Source of the DNA: Phoronis australis
Lineage: Eukaryota > Animalia > Phoronida
Direction: 5' to 3'
NCBI GenBank assembly: GCA_002633005.1
Contig: NMRA01000164.1
Span: 372,489-436,488 of the forward strand
Length of the DNA: 64,000 nt
Positions 40,668 to 54,830 of this stretch are shown here, piece after piece (position 1 is the first letter of the stretch; each line of letters begins with the position of its first letter). The translations under genes were made by a program, and so were the position numbers. The notes under the pieces are model-generated. The model made no database searches, was not told the origin of the DNA, and worked only from the letters and a program-made list of their open reading frames with translations.

Positions 40668-41091
40668 AAGTCCCATTTAGACATCAACTTTTGGACCTGC
40701 GCAACTGACACGGAGCAAATTGACCTGTGTCAAGCGGCCGTTTACACACACAACTCACTTACCGTGGCAAGACGGAAATTACAAGCTGGAGAGACTGGAT
40801 CGCACATGCGCAGGTTTACAAATGACGAGAGTTGCAGAAACAAAGCACCCGTATGAAGGTCATTGCACAAGCACAGTAGAGATGATCCTTTCCGCCTTGC
40901 TCCAGTTTCACGTTTAGACTTATAATTGACATGGCGCAAGATGTTCGGGCGCAAATTGCTCTACCTCACAAACGGGTGGCAAAAATTTGTCACCGCGGTG
41001 TTAATTTGCTCCGTGTCAGTCCATTTACAAACTGGAACAACTCGTTTCGTGTCAGCTGATCTGTGTCAACTTTGTAAGTGTAAATGGCACT
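40668..41091 (+). mobile_element. MITE, PIF/Harbinger-like (family A, copy 2)
   Basis: TIRs AAGTCCCATTTAGAC / GTGTAAATGGCACTT and internal inverted ctgacacggagcaaatt / aatttgctccgtgtcag. Homologous to 9277-9661. Confidence 0.75.
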
Positions 41092-43534
41092 TTTCTTGGT
41101 CTCAAGCAATGATAAACTGGCAGTTCTCTCCATGCCCTGAATTAAAGCATCTTTAATTTTACCAAGGAAAAATTTGACATCAGTTTCATGATGATAAAGG
41201 TCTAAATCAACAGTTGGTTTTTGTGATGGAAATCTGGTTTATTCCCACTTAAGAAAATTTCACTCTTTTAGTTATCTGGTATGTTCAATAGAACTGCCCC
41301 TGATAAAGATTTCTTTATTTGTAATGGGGATGTCTGCCTCTGAAAAACAGAAAAGGGTGAAAATTTCGGCAATTATTTAAAAATGTTGGAAAAATACGAC
41401 TAATCTTTAGCACTTTGAGAGGATGGAAGAAAATTGTGTTTAACCCAATTGCTTATTCTGTTGTGTAATATGTGCAGAGTTGAAAAGACAAAATGGAATG
41501 TTTTTCATTCACAGATATTTTGCTGTGCTGCACTTTTTTGCGTGAATATATTCTTCCAAAGGCCAGCTTTAATTTGATGGCATTACAATGTTCGCAGAGA
41601 CAATAAGAACACTGTCAATTTCAACTGCATTAAATACCCATCAAAGACGAGTGACACGTAGGTGACACTGAAAATGTTTGTGCAAAATATTGTCTCCTTT
41701 TGGCTACAGCTAATCTCATTATATCCCCGCTGTATATGAAAATGGGTACTTCGTTTACAGTCTTGAGTAGATGTAATAATGAACCTATGCCCTCACTGTT
41801 GTGTTTTTCGCTATACCACCGAGCACCTGCACAAGATTTATGGTAGTAGTTTACTATTTACGGCAAGTGTTGATCATAACATCGCAGAGATGTTTTTAAC
41901 ACTAACACAACTAGTGAAGATTACTGTTACCAGTAGTACATTATGTTTTTTTAAAAACGTAACGTATTTCAGTAATCATACAAACAGCGCCATCTTAAGT
42001 GGCAAGGGAGACCATTTTAGAGATTTTTTATGTACCGAGACGTGGCATGATTTCACTTTGGACTGTCAAGTGGGGTCCATTGATTGCTTCTGGGCCTAGG
42101 CTATTGGTATAAACATTCACTTTATAGTTACTGACTTGTTACCTAATCTCTTCGTGGCTAAGATCTTGAGTATCTTATAATTATGTTTCTTCTGTTTTGT
42201 AGTGCTATTGAAATTTTAATTTGTTGAGCACATAAACAACATAATAATAAAAAGATGTAAATGCCTTGTTAAGTTCTAATTGTCAACTGCAAACCAAAGT
42301 GTTTGGTGACATTCCTACCTGTGTTTCATGAGTTCAGTGGTGTCTGCTATACATACTTCAAAAACTTGTATTTGGAAATTCTATAAAATATTTAATTACT
42401 TGATTGCGGAAAGTTACATATTTATAAATTGTAGAACGGGTTCTGTTTTACCTGTCATCCTATTTACCTAAGCCTTACCTTTACATTCTCAGTGTGACAT
42501 CTCCCCCCTTCCTTTGGTGACGCAAGACGATCTGGTTGCCTAGGCTACTTCACTTTTCTCCCCAAACGTGGCAATCAGCCGATGCACTGATTGTGAGTGT
42601 GCTGTTGAGACCAGCGGACAACATTTAAAATTACTTATTACGAAAGTATGTATTACATTCGTTTGGCAAATTCGACGAATGAAAACGTTGAACACCTGTT
42701 AGGTGATAATTTTTTCACACCCTGTGGATAATACGCGGCTGTTGTAATGAGTTTAAAATATTGGTAAATTTACACCTTGCTTATTAGTTTCCTTCGTTCA
42801 TGACAAAGGTTTTTTCCTCAGGTCTTAAATGCTTTGTGAATTTACAATTAGTTATTGCTGGTTAGTATCTTATTTAATTATCATGCTAAGTGATGATAAA
42901 ATATGCTTGTTTCATTCGCTCATAACAAAACGGTTTCATTGCCTGTGGGCACACAACATTGGCAAGCATAAGTTGTGTGTTTCTGAACCTGTTTAATTTC
43001 TTTTGTTCAAATTTTTTATTATTCCTTGTCAAAAAGACGGTGTTTGTCTTACATTTTGTTTATTGGCATCAAACGAATAAAATCTAAAAAATAGAAGAAA
43101 TAAAAATTACAAGTTGATGTTATTACTGCTAATAGTGCTTAAAATTAATTCTGAAAAAGCAACAATTACTGATTTCTTAAATGTCATTACGGCTATTCCG
43201 TCTGGGAGTTTGATACAAGCCATATTTTTATAACCTGATGACTGCTTTCAGGCGATTTGCCAAAAGGAATGTCATATCCTTTTGAACTTTTGTTTAATTT
43301 CTTCAGCAATGTCACAATGTCAGTTCCTGTTCAGAACATAAATTACTTATTGTCCATCAGTGAAATAGGGCTGCTTAGGTTGCATGCAAGAGTTGTTTTT
43401 TAGCAATCTTTGGACAAGATCTATTACAGATTTAACCAGGTTTGGGCTGTACAATGTATAGGTGCACTGTTTTTTATTTCCAAAAAAGAGGAGTCTATTT
43501 TTGAAAATCAAAAGTTTTTTTTGTTAAGTAAATT

Positions 43535-44586
43535 AATGTGCGGTGTCTCGCGTCCGTGCTGTATCTTCAAACCGCTTGATGGATGTTTGCACTGCATTTT
43601 GCGGACATGTTCCTATCATGGATGCACATTTCCTGAGGAATTTGATTACTGCTGTGCCCCCTAGTGGCATTTTGAGTTCTTGTCTTAGCCTCTGTAAACG
43701 TAGTTCCTTGATGAATTTTCATGAAATTTGGCAAAGAGGTTTCTGTTATGGAGACAACATCTTTATGTTTTCAGACAGATTCTATGTAATCTGCACCTTC
43801 TGGTGACCAGTTTTATTATTTTTGCGTCTGTTTTTTAGCATCCGCGTCTCTATCCATGAAACCACTTGAAGGATTGTGAAATTTCTCTGCTGTGTTACTT
43901 TTGAGATGAGCAAAGCTGACTGATTTTTGGACGGGTCAAATTACCAGTGGCAATTTAGGGTTTTTTTGCGTATCTTTCTATATCTACCAAGTTCCTTGAT
44001 GGATGTTCAGGAAATTTGGCTAATAAGTTTCTATTAATGAGATAACGACTTTTGCATTCCCTGATGGCTATTTTATTCTTGTGTCTATTTCGGCATCTGC
44101 TTTTCTCTGTCTGCCAAACCACTGATTATTATGAAATTTTACTGATTTATTTCTGTTGAGATGGTCACAGCTGACGTAACTACTACTGAACCCCCGGTGT
44201 CATTTTTTGCCTATGCCTCAATATCATTGTGAGCTTTGTGATGGATTTTCGTGAAACTTGGCATGTGAGGTCCAGTTGATGAGATAACGTCTGACGTTGA
44301 TTTTGGGACAAGCCTGGCTACTGTGGCATCTCTTAGTATCAATATTAAGGTTTTTTGATGGTTTGATGGTTGTTCACAAAATTTGGCAAATAAGTTACTA
44401 TCTTGGAGATGGCACCACTTGCTTGATTTGACTTTTTTGCGCCCCCATTACATAATAGTTATAATAATAATAATAATGATAATAATAATAATAACAATAA
44501 TAATAATAATAATATATTAAGCACCCCTAGAAGCATACCATTTGCAGTGCTGTCGGAGCATTTCGATGCTTTGCATTGGTCTTGTA
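43535..44586 (+). mobile_element. HINE-like element, copy 3 (more diverged), containing an (AAT)n microsatellite at 44461-44513
   Basis: gtgccccctagtggc and gaaatttggc subunits. The 3' end (ccatttgcagtgc...gatgctttgcatt...tcttgt) resembles 33541-33577. Confidence 0.75.
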
Positions 44587-45049
44587 ATTAGTAATTCTCT
44601 AATTGTCATTTCTCTTTCATTTTACTACACGCTGTCTTCCTCAAAATGAAACCCAAAAGAGAACTTTGCCAGCTTCAAAAAGAATGTTCATCTACCGTAC
44701 TTTTCTGGTTTAATGCTCTGGGCACTTAAAATGCGAAACAAAATAATCAGGATTTGGCCAAACACAGGTGCTTAAAAACATAATGTTCAAGAAATCTGGT
44801 TGGACGCTTACTGGGATGGTTGATTGGTTTAATGCCCTGGGAGCTACATTGACATCGGACTAATGTGAGGAGTCAAACAAAAGGGATGAAACGGTGTTCA
44901 CAGGCATGGGGACTTTTAAGGAAGTCACGGTCATACAATTAGGCTATCAATGGGCAGTGAGCCGAGGATGGGTGTTAACCCAAATGAGTATGGTTGTAGA
45001 AAACATTGCAATCTTACCAATGTAGAACAAAACTATTTGCCAAAATTTT

Positions 45050-45462
45050 TTATGTTTATGTGTGGCCACATATTGCCGTCATCTCTGTCCGTTGTCCTCG
45101 GCTATACTTCTTCAACCCTTTGTAGGATTTTTGCGAAATTTGGGAGTCTGTCATTTTTATTACTTATGAGTTTTGTTTTGGTGTCTACCTTTCTATTGGC
45201 CAAACCACTTATAGGATCATTATAAAAATTGTCATATGTTCTCCTATTAGGAAGAGCACGGCTGATGATAATTTTTTAATGTTCTGAGTAATTGGTTCAA
45301 CTTGCAATGGGCAAACCTTAGCGGCCTGCACTCTGGTACAACCAGACCACCTGCAATTAATTTTTCATGTTTACTGGTGCTTCCCTAGTGGCAATTTTAT
45401 TATTTCGTATATGGAAGCCTACCTTTTGCAATGGAGTCGTTGGGGCATTTGCGTAACTATTA
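45050..45462 (+). mobile_element. HINE-like element, copy 4 (short, degenerate)
   Basis: Start tttatgtgtggccacatattgccgtcatctctgtccgt, a cctagtggcaattttatt subunit, and a ccttttgcaatg end motif. Confidence 0.65.
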
Positions 45463-45540
45463 TTCATTTTCAAAAGGTTTTAACATTATTGTGAGTTCCT
45501 ACAAATTTTAGAAATATTTTCTAATGATAAGGAATAAAAC

Positions 45541-45908
45541 CAGACCTGCCAGGTCTCATGTATCTCGTGTGACTCTCACGCATTTGGCCACTGCCTCACG
45601 CTCTCACGTGAGCCTTGAGCTATCTCACGCAAAATGAATTTTTTGGGCGTAAATTTTCAAAAAACCTAGCTTTATACGCTTTTAGCGTGGTTATATGGGT
45701 ATTCTTTATTATAAAGACGATGTAATATCGTTTTCATGAAATAAAATGGTTTTTATTAATGTAATATGACTAGTTAGGATATATAAAGTTTGATAGTTAG
45801 TGAAGATATGGCCAGGAACCTCTCGCAAAATTTGAGCAAATTTGTCCATTCTCCAGCAAAATTTCAACCAACCTCCAGCAAAGTTCTTATATCCCCTTGG
45901 CAGGTCTG
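45541..45908. mobile_element. hAT-like MITE
   Basis: Perfect 11-bp TIR CAGACCTGCCA / TGGCAGGTCTG, with subterminal TCTCACG and CTCCAGCAAA repeats. No TSD was recognisable. Confidence 0.65.
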
Positions 45909-48499
45909 TAAATCTCAAGAGCTACTAGCTTTTGATTTACAGCATTTCGTTTCAAAGTTTGCCTTAACTTTCCCATTTAGCATGTTAGTCAGTCAGGTGG
46001 CTGCTTGTACGTGACTAGACATCAAAGTTATATTTTTATTCAGTGTTTAGTACAAGATTAAGTGTATATTTGTACTTGTCAGGAAGTACATTCATTTATT
46101 AGAGGAGAGTGTAGATGCCAGGAGACGTTCAGTTGTGCAGGTCACTCGACCAGAGTATTGACATAAAATGCATAATACATATCCTATTCGTTATTAGGTT
46201 CTTCGTGAGAGTTGGCCAACTTGTTACAACAATATGGACACACTGTCCGATTTACTAGCCATGTTCTTGTTGGTAACGGAAATGGTGTCTTATCACTGCA
46301 AGGAATATTACGAGACTGAATTCAGTTTTTCAAATTTTGGCAGCTAAAGTTTGGGAAAATGTACTTTTAAACCTCTCATCATGGCAATTTTTTGCAGCTA
46401 AAGCGGCTAAAATCCATCTTTGGTCACCAAAAACTAACTTTTGATTTAGATCGTGTATACTCGAGTTAGTAATGATATGTTGGCTATGGAAGAACTGATG
46501 GTTTGGATGTGCTTCAGACCAGGACACACCGTGACAAGCCAACTTAATGAACATGATCACTAGCAATAACAAATAATCTGTTCTTCTCAAACCCAGGAAT
46601 CATCTCTAACCCAACAAAGGAACCAATGAAGGAAAGATTTATAGCGGTCAATGTTGTCAATCAAAAATTAGGAAAGCGGGTCTGTGGACGCTTTAAATGA
46701 CATTTCTTTTTTGGTGGTTTTCTTGAATTACCGCTTTTATATATTGTTAATTAGGTCTCGACCTGCTAAGGAAATATGACGCATTGCTTTCCAATTGGAA
46801 TGAAGTGCAATGCATAGACCAGCTAAATATTTTTTCACAATGTCAGTGATGGAACAATAATGCCAGTGTCAGCATACCTGAACCATATTAGAATAAAATT
46901 ATTTGGGGGACGAAATCAAACTGCACCAATATGGACCGTCTTTTCTTTTTTAATATCGCACTCTCAGGGTCACCATTGACACTTCACATTGTTGAGGGCA
47001 CATGCCCCCTGCTTGCTACAGCCCTCCACCTTGTAAAATACAGATCTCAACTGTGGATTTAAATGTTTGATTAAGTGGAAATGCCAGTAGCATTTTAAAC
47101 GATCATTAGTCATGTAACATACTGGTTTTGGGATAGCAGATAAAACCACCCGTAATAATTCAAATCAGAAAAGAGCAGAAGAAACTAACGTGACCTATTT
47201 GGCCTCTTAAGTGACCCATAGGTTTAAATGCCTTTGGCATGCTTTTCTAAAATGATACCTGATTCGCCGGTTTCATTGACTAGGTGTCCCCTCCTGCATT
47301 GACCAATTGTGCCACGTCATAATTACCCATCAGTGCGTTCTTAGATCCAACAACTGCACAATTAATGATCAAGAAAGGATAGCATTTATTTTTACAATTA
47401 CCACCAGCAGACTGAAAATTAATTGATGGTCCCCCTAGAACAAGCAGACGTTTTAATTGCTGGATCACAATTATGACTGGTGGTTGTAAAAATAGGTCAG
47501 GTATTTGTTTGAAAGCTGGCAGATGTAGTTATGTGTATTATGTCTACCTAGGCAATTATAATTTACATTTGACACACTTGGTTCGGTGCACTCCACCATA
47601 ATTTACTTTTTTTACCCAAAAATAATTGCCAAAATTATCATTTTTTAAAGCCTGGTCTACCTGGATGCAGTTGTTATTTTAAAACATCTACTCAGTGCAA
47701 ACCAAGCTGATGAGTGATAAAAGTTTCTTGATATTTGTTTTTGCTGAGAAACATGACAATGAAATTCCAGTTGTTCATCATGATAAATAGGTGTGGTATT
47801 ACCGTGTCTTGTTTACGTCTACAAACTGTAAGGCTCATTGTAATATTGTAATACTTTGTGCTGTGGCATATTTTACTGTACATTTTGGGTAATCATTTGA
47901 TGATTTTTTTCAATAGTATTAAAGCATACATGAATCTGCTTGATACACTATAGGCTTGGGCGTGATGTCTAATTTTTCCCCAATATTATGGTAATTCCAC
48001 TTACTTCACACAAAAACAATTGACTAAATTTGCCGTTTTCCATTTTTTCAAAGGCTGATTGTTCCACTGTAAATAATGCTGATATTTTATGTCATCTATG
48101 GGATACAAACAATGCTAGTATTAGACGAAAATTTTCTTAATCTTTATATTGAGAGGAAATTTGACAAAATAGAATTTCACTTGTTGCCCACATTCTGTGC
48201 TTAATAACTTCAGAATTACTGTATCTATGCCATGTAACTTTTATTTCCTCAGTCGTCACCATAAAAGGTGACCCTTCTTTAGCTTTTTGAGTATTTTTTC
48301 TTGATATCCTAACACAGAATTTTGAATGAAAACAGGTTATAGTATACCGGTAATTATAGCATATTTTTTGCTCAAAATGTGATCAAGCGAAGCAACACTA
48401 AACTCATTTAATACGATTACTTTGGAAAGTAATTAATTCTGAAATAGTTAAAAGTGCAGCTTTCAGTGTTTTAAGGGCAACATGAAAAATGATTTAAGC

Positions 48500-48785
48500 T
48501 CTTAAAATCGGTTTCCTAATATTCCTGATCTTGATGGGATTCTATTTCCGTTACCAACAAGGAGATCAAAATTGTCAGCGACTTGTGAAAATGGTTCACC
48601 GTTTATTGGTGTTGGCCAACACTTAAATTGGGAATTTGAACATGACCCATGCGTCTTGAGTTACCGTTTCATTTGGTAACAATTTAAGATCAGCTGAGTA
48701 TGGTGTAATTTTAAATCTCAAAACCGTTTCAGTTATGAGTTAAACATTGACAGCTAAACAGCAGCAAAATGCCCCCTTTAATTTT
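48500..48785 (+). mobile_element. Old dispersed repeat (family D); other copies at ~5890-6035 and ~58720-59000
   Basis: Shared colinear blocks ggattctatttc...tcagc...tttattgg in all three copies; aatttaagat and aaatg(c/t)ccctttaa are also shared with the ~58.7-59.0 kb copy. Confidence 0.6.
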
Positions 48786-49104
48786 ACTCCTGTTTCTATG
48801 TAATACTTCAACCTGCACTGACATTTGATTCTCGTATTCTTTTCATCTCTTGTTTTTTAAATGTCTATATGCTCTTTACTGAAACGGGCCTTACTTTCTA
48901 AATGCTTTCTAACTGAAACGGAAATTACAAGTCCGGTACATAACTCGAGTTCATATATTACATCTCAAACCTTTCCACATTGTGATGAAAAATTAATTCT
49001 TTTTCTAATTACAGATAATTTGGGACATAAGCGACTGTGAAGTATAACTAGTGGAACTCAACTTGAACACTTTCAATCTTTCAGAATGAAAGGTCTGTTG
49101 CATC

Positions 49105-49717
49105 ATGGTTGTACTTTGTAAACTTCTTGGATGTTTGCACAGAACTCTTTTTAAAACTACCAGCAATTCTCAAACACCTATTGGGACTAGAGCAATGACC
49201 AGTTTGTCTATGATTGAGATTGAACGAAAGTTTGTGATACCTCAAGGGTTGGAGGAACGACTACGAAATTCGGGTGCGTGTTTCATCGATGAAAAGACGT
49301 TTCACGATGTTTACTACGACAGCAAAGATTATCGTCTAACTCTTCGTGATCATTGGCTTAGACAGAGAGACAATGCATGGCATTTAAAGTTGCCCCCTAC
49401 CATAAGGGAACAGGATAAGAAGACAGCTCAATACGTAGAAATTACAACGACTGCAGAAATTCTGTCTCGTATTACTGATGTGCTTGACATTCCCACCATG
49501 ATAAGGGATGGAGACTTAGCAAAGGTTGTGAGTGAAAACTGTCATACGTTTGCCAATTTCATAACCCACCGACGGAGTTATGAGTTTGACAATTGTCGAA
49601 TAGATCTCGATTCCACTGACTTTGATTTTTGTGTTGGTGAGGTTGAAGTCATTGTGAATGCACAAGATGAAGTGACCTCAGCATTAGCCAAAGTGGATTC
49701 CATTGCTACAAAACTAG
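49105..49717 (+). CDS. THTPA: Thiamine-triphosphatase (CYTH/TTM family), coding exon 1
   Basis: Motifs IEIERKF (ExExK), DVYYD, LTLRDHWLRQR, WHLK, FITHRRSY, IDLD and GEVEV. Acceptors lie upstream (AG at 49013-49014 and 49083-49084), and a phase-1 donor CTAG|GTAATG is at 49717/49718. Confidence 0.93.
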
Positions 49718-52700
49718 GTAATGTGGTTTGTAGTTTCCTATCCAAATATGCTTTAAATTTGCTATCAACCCACCTTCTGTTAATATTATTTCTTTAGATT
49801 TAAGACGTTTATTGATATAAAAGTGGTCCATACTTGTCTCGTTCTCAAATCACGGTTACCATAATTGAATCTAACTCTTCCTCAAATCCACCAGTCTCAA
49901 TTATATCTTGAAGCTTTGAACAAAAAGAGCCTACAAATCATTTCTAATCTTAAGTAAAGAACAAGATGAGACGGGTTTTATAACAGTAAGTGGCCAAATC
50001 AAAAACTGTTAAGAAAAACTGCAGGTTTATTACCCCTTCCATGGTTTCGATGTCTTCTGAAACTTGACAACATTTTGAAAGTAATTTGTGTGATGTAATG
50101 TCATTCTGAAGTTACGAAACTTACTTGAAATTGTTCTTGTTTGTTTTTCTGCCACACATTGTGCTGAGTGAGACTTGTATCATTTCTTATGCCTGACACT
50201 AAAGGAGTTGAGACAAAACTTGAAAGAATAAATGCATGAAGCAGACGTCACTGTGGTGTTACAATGGAATTATGCAGAATTTAATAATTGCACGGTGGAG
50301 CGTACAACCGTTCAGTAATTATCCTGGTGGCTTGATGCATTATAGGGGTAGTTCCACCTGCTCATTAGCTCGGACTCTTTTAATCTGCCTAATGATTTTA
50401 TTTCCAGTTTCATTAACAGATGGCAGCACTATCCTAAAAATGGAGTTTTTGTGTATGTGGCAGTGATGTAGGCTACAGTAAAGAAACAGCATTGTATAAA
50501 AATGTAGTCATATTTCCAGTATATGTGTCTGTATTTAAACGCATATCCAAAATAATGGATTGTTTAAAAGAAATTTTTAGTGAAGTGTTAAGCATACAGG
50601 TGCAGTCAGTTATAGCCTACATTGTATCTGCACATGTCACAAACTGGTACTTGATTTAAAAACTGAATTTGTATGAACAGGTCAAGTTTCACTGATGTTT
50701 TGTTTTTTAAAAAATTCCTTGATTTCATTTAAATGTTCATGTAAAAACACATGCACCAAATTTCAGACATGGGAGCAGCTTCAAATTTTGCTGCTTCAGC
50801 AGCGGCAGCGGTAAACATAATAAAGTGTTTTCCAACCGGGAACAGATGAATAAGCAGAATTTTAAAAAAACTCCCATCTTGTATGTTAAAAGTTCATCAA
50901 TTTGGGACAACAAAATTATTATTTTGTTCAAGGTGGGAGTTTGCACCAAATTTTAGAAGCTAGTAATATTGGCTTTCCCAAATTTATTAAGAATTACATT
51001 CAATGTCAAACGATCATTCACCTCTTTGTTACAAATTATGAGGACACGTGAAAATGTTGCATCGGCAGCCAGTTTCAACGATTTTATGAAATTATTGCCA
51101 ATTCTATTTTGTTACAAAAATCAGTTTCTGGTATTTGAAAAATATGGTGAATGACAAAATCACCCATGTTCCAAATCTTGAGAATACAGAAAATTCAGTT
51201 TCATCATGAATTTCGGTATCCTAATTTTAGAGACAATCCTAAGCTGGAGAATCATCCATTTAGATGGAGTTCTGGTGCAAAAAAGTTACAAATCTACCAT
51301 GGTTTTCCAAAAGAATGGCTCCGTAGCCTGGCAATTTTCTCAAAATCATGATGGTCAGCAGGCTGGAGTAGGCAATAAAAGTCTGTTGTCATTCAAAAAC
51401 CAACCTGTGGTTTAAATCATGTACTGCTATAAAGTCAGTCAAGTCTTTTTTCTTTACTCCGATTAGAAGTGACTTCTGAACTTGAAAAGAGGTGACGGCT
51501 TGTTATTGCTTCAGACCAGGCCTATTAAATTGCTTTTCACTAACCAGAATTGCAGGGATTTGTTGTATCCAGTTTCTATTTACAAAGAGGATGAGTGCTA
51601 CCTCGTTTTGGAAGAAAGGTTTATTATATTAAATAACGTATTCTTATTGCGGTAACTCTCGACTTATTTTGGGCATTTATCAAAAGCTGATTATCTTTTT
51701 TGTAAATGATAGGAATTTCATCAAATGTTTTATGACTTCAACACACTACAACCCATACACTAAGATGTTCTTAATCTTTTCTTTTGTGGAGAAATTTAAC
51801 AAAACAGAATTTCACTTGTCGGCCATATTGTGAAGAATTGCGGTAAAATGGTTTTAGATGTGCTGTCTCATTATGATTGTCGAAAGCACTGTTATTATTG
51901 GCTAAAATGTTATTGACTGACACACCTCATCCGAGTTTACTAAGTTTTTATTAGTTTTCATAATCAACACAACAACACAAAATGGCAACAAGTGCCACCC
52001 GTTTAATTATAAAGAAATGATGTCATTTCTTGTTTGTCCACCTGTCTTGTAAGTGCAACAGAAATACTACCAGTTATTCCACTGCTATTGGTATGAACAA
52101 TAACAGTGCGATATTTAGAGTAACGATGTTGATGATAACGATAGTAACGGTTCTGCTTGTGTTGTATGTCGCATTATAATTTACAAAATTAAGTGATTTC
52201 AGAACAAATTTTCAGTTTTAGGGTTGTATATTGTCCTTTTAGCTGGTTGTGATTCCCAAACTCAGAAAATTGGCAGAACAGACCACCCTGTTTCTGGTTT
52301 ACTGCTTTTGAAAGGGTACTAAACAAACGTTGTGGTGATTGCACCCAAAATTACTACCGTCACCTGCTATTGGGTAATAAGTACATTTCCACAAAATGAA
52401 AGCTTTGCTTAAACTCTGTTCTCGTGTGTTACAAATTCGATTTGGTGGTTTAAGAAGCTCAGCCTCTACTCACAGTCATGTATTAAATCCTCTGCAGTGT
52501 GACTTTGTGCTCGCCAGTATACCATAGTTTGTAAGGAGTTGTGGAACATGAATCAAATGCGTAAGGAATGGTGAGAGGTTTTAAGAACATTGTGTTGTTT
52601 CAAAGATTTAAGTGTGAAGGTTGTAAGCAGCAGCTTTCAATTCACCTGGATTACTTGTGCTGGTGTTCATATCTTGTGTCTGCCCAGAGGACTATTACTA

Positions 52701-54379
52701 CATTTTTGTATTGCATTCCCGTCTCTATTGGTGGTCGCCAGTTTGAGGTGCAGCTATATTAATTGGCCACTAACGAGTTAATAACACACCATCTGCCTCC
52801 AGCATTCATCAACACTTTCCTTTATTAGCTCCACACCTACAGTTTTTTGCTTTATTAATTTCTCAACTGTCTTGCATATATGTGTCTGGTTAATAAAGGC
52901 TGCATGATCTGACTTTCCATGAGGAGCCTCCGGCCTGACGGGGCCTGAGACAAAAAACATATTGTCACAGACAAAGGTCATGGCCAGTTCAGATGATAGT
53001 CAGTGCTGGTGTGAACAATTTGAAGTTTAAAGTTTGTTGACATGTATTGGGTGTCTTTGATTTTATTTGATTCCGCTGAATTGCAATAGTGGGCATGGCA
53101 ATGATACATTGAGGTCTTGCATTGTGCGTTATTGTTTAAATTTGCAGAGTACTAGTGTTACACAATTAGTTTCGCCCTGTTTAGCTGGCTAAAATCGAAA
53201 ACCGAAAATTGAATTTTTATGAAAAAATCATAAGTTGTATTCAAAGAAAATGAAATAATTTAGAAAACTGTTACAGTGTTTTTGAGCATTTAATATATCA
53301 AACATGTTATTATTACTGTTGTTTTGTATGTTTCTTTATTGGTATTTTTTTCTAAAAAAACATGGTCAAGAGAATCAACTGACATGTTTGCAAAAATTCA
53401 AAAACCAAATTCTACTTGCTTTCAACTGTCAGAAAATATGTACTGTTACTAAATTAAAATCTACAATTTTCCAGATATCTGGCCAAATACACAGACCAGT
53501 ATATGAGATCCTTCATAACATTAACAAAAATGTTATAATTAGAGTGTAATTCAAACCAAAAAGAAGTCTTTTCGGTATTCTAATTCAATCACCATTTCAA
53601 GCAAAGTTTTGGACACAAGATGGCAAATAAGGGAAATGTTTGTGTCAAATTTTTATCAACAAAAAGAGCTTTTCATGAAATTTTACTTTGGCATGATTTG
53701 TATAGCTATCCCTAAAAAACATTTGGTAAATTTTTGCAAGTCTCTGAAAAATAAAAAATGGCTATTTCAGTAATTATTTTTGTATCATAATGAGGAATTT
53801 TTCTGTAATGTGGTTCCAATTCACTAAATTTCGTCGATTTCATAACATTACCTAAACTCAAATTTGCATGATGGGAATTTGTTGCTGATGAAGCTAGGTT
53901 GATGCTTGGCCATTGCTTTTTGGTTGGAGGTACTCTACCATATTGTTCATTCTAAGCCTGGATCTTAAACGTTATCTACAAACTATGCAGTCACATTGCT
54001 CCTACCTTTTTTAGACTTTGAAATTTTTAAACTTTTATTGCATAGAACAAACAAGCATTGAACTATAAACTCAAACCCAGAAACCTAATATCTGGGTAGG
54101 ATATATTATATAATTTGTTTAGACCTTACAGGACTTCCATTCATCTGTGTGGTCACGACCTGGGTCATGACCCTGAGGCATCTGCCAATCAATGAGGCAG
54201 TTAGCAGGAAGGACTGCAGGGTGTACTGTATAAATATCAGCTTGATCAGTCTGGGACAACCCATTTAATCTTTGCTGAGCCAACCTAGTTCTTAAAGCAA
54301 GGAAACAGAGCATAACAGATAATAGTTACTAGTATTATATTTTTTGGAAAGTCCATTTGGGTGAAGGCGATTGTTTATT

Positions 54380-54830
54380 AGAGGGGTGAGAGCCTAGGTG
54401 GGTCACGATGACTGGCAGAACCAGAGGAATTCAGCACTGGGAGGGACAAACTCAAAATCGTCTGCGAGCTGAGAGCAAGGTGATGAAACCGGGAGTTACT
54501 GGAGAAGTTTTTGCAGTGAACAGGGGGGACAAGTACAAAATGAAATGAAGGGCTTTTTGCAAAATGGAAATGAGTATACATATATTGACCATAGGGATGA
54601 GTTTTTTGCAATGAATGGTGGGAGGGAGGAACCAAGTGCAAAACTGAGATGAGCAGGTAGGGGTAGGATTTATTTTGCAATGAGGAAGGTCACTTGAAAT
54701 TGAAGTTGTGGTTACCCAGAGAGCCCCCCCCCCCCCCNCCTGCCCGAGATACGTTACTGATGTGGTTTGTAAAAATGACAAGGAAGAAAGCAGTGGTGGG
54801 ATGGAAATGAGAGCAGAAAAAGTGCAGCTG
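54380..54830 (+). repeat. Purine-biased low-complexity intronic region with a poly-C run (~54724-54740, contains an N)
   Basis: Recurrent ttttgcaatga / gaaatgag motifs with G/A bias. Confidence 0.45.

Noticed and set aside
49718-49797. C-terminal tail of the 230-aa ORF (NVVCSFLSKY...), which looks like a membrane anchor
   Set aside because: It is intron read-through past the GT donor at 49718. The real C-terminus is in 55023-55141.
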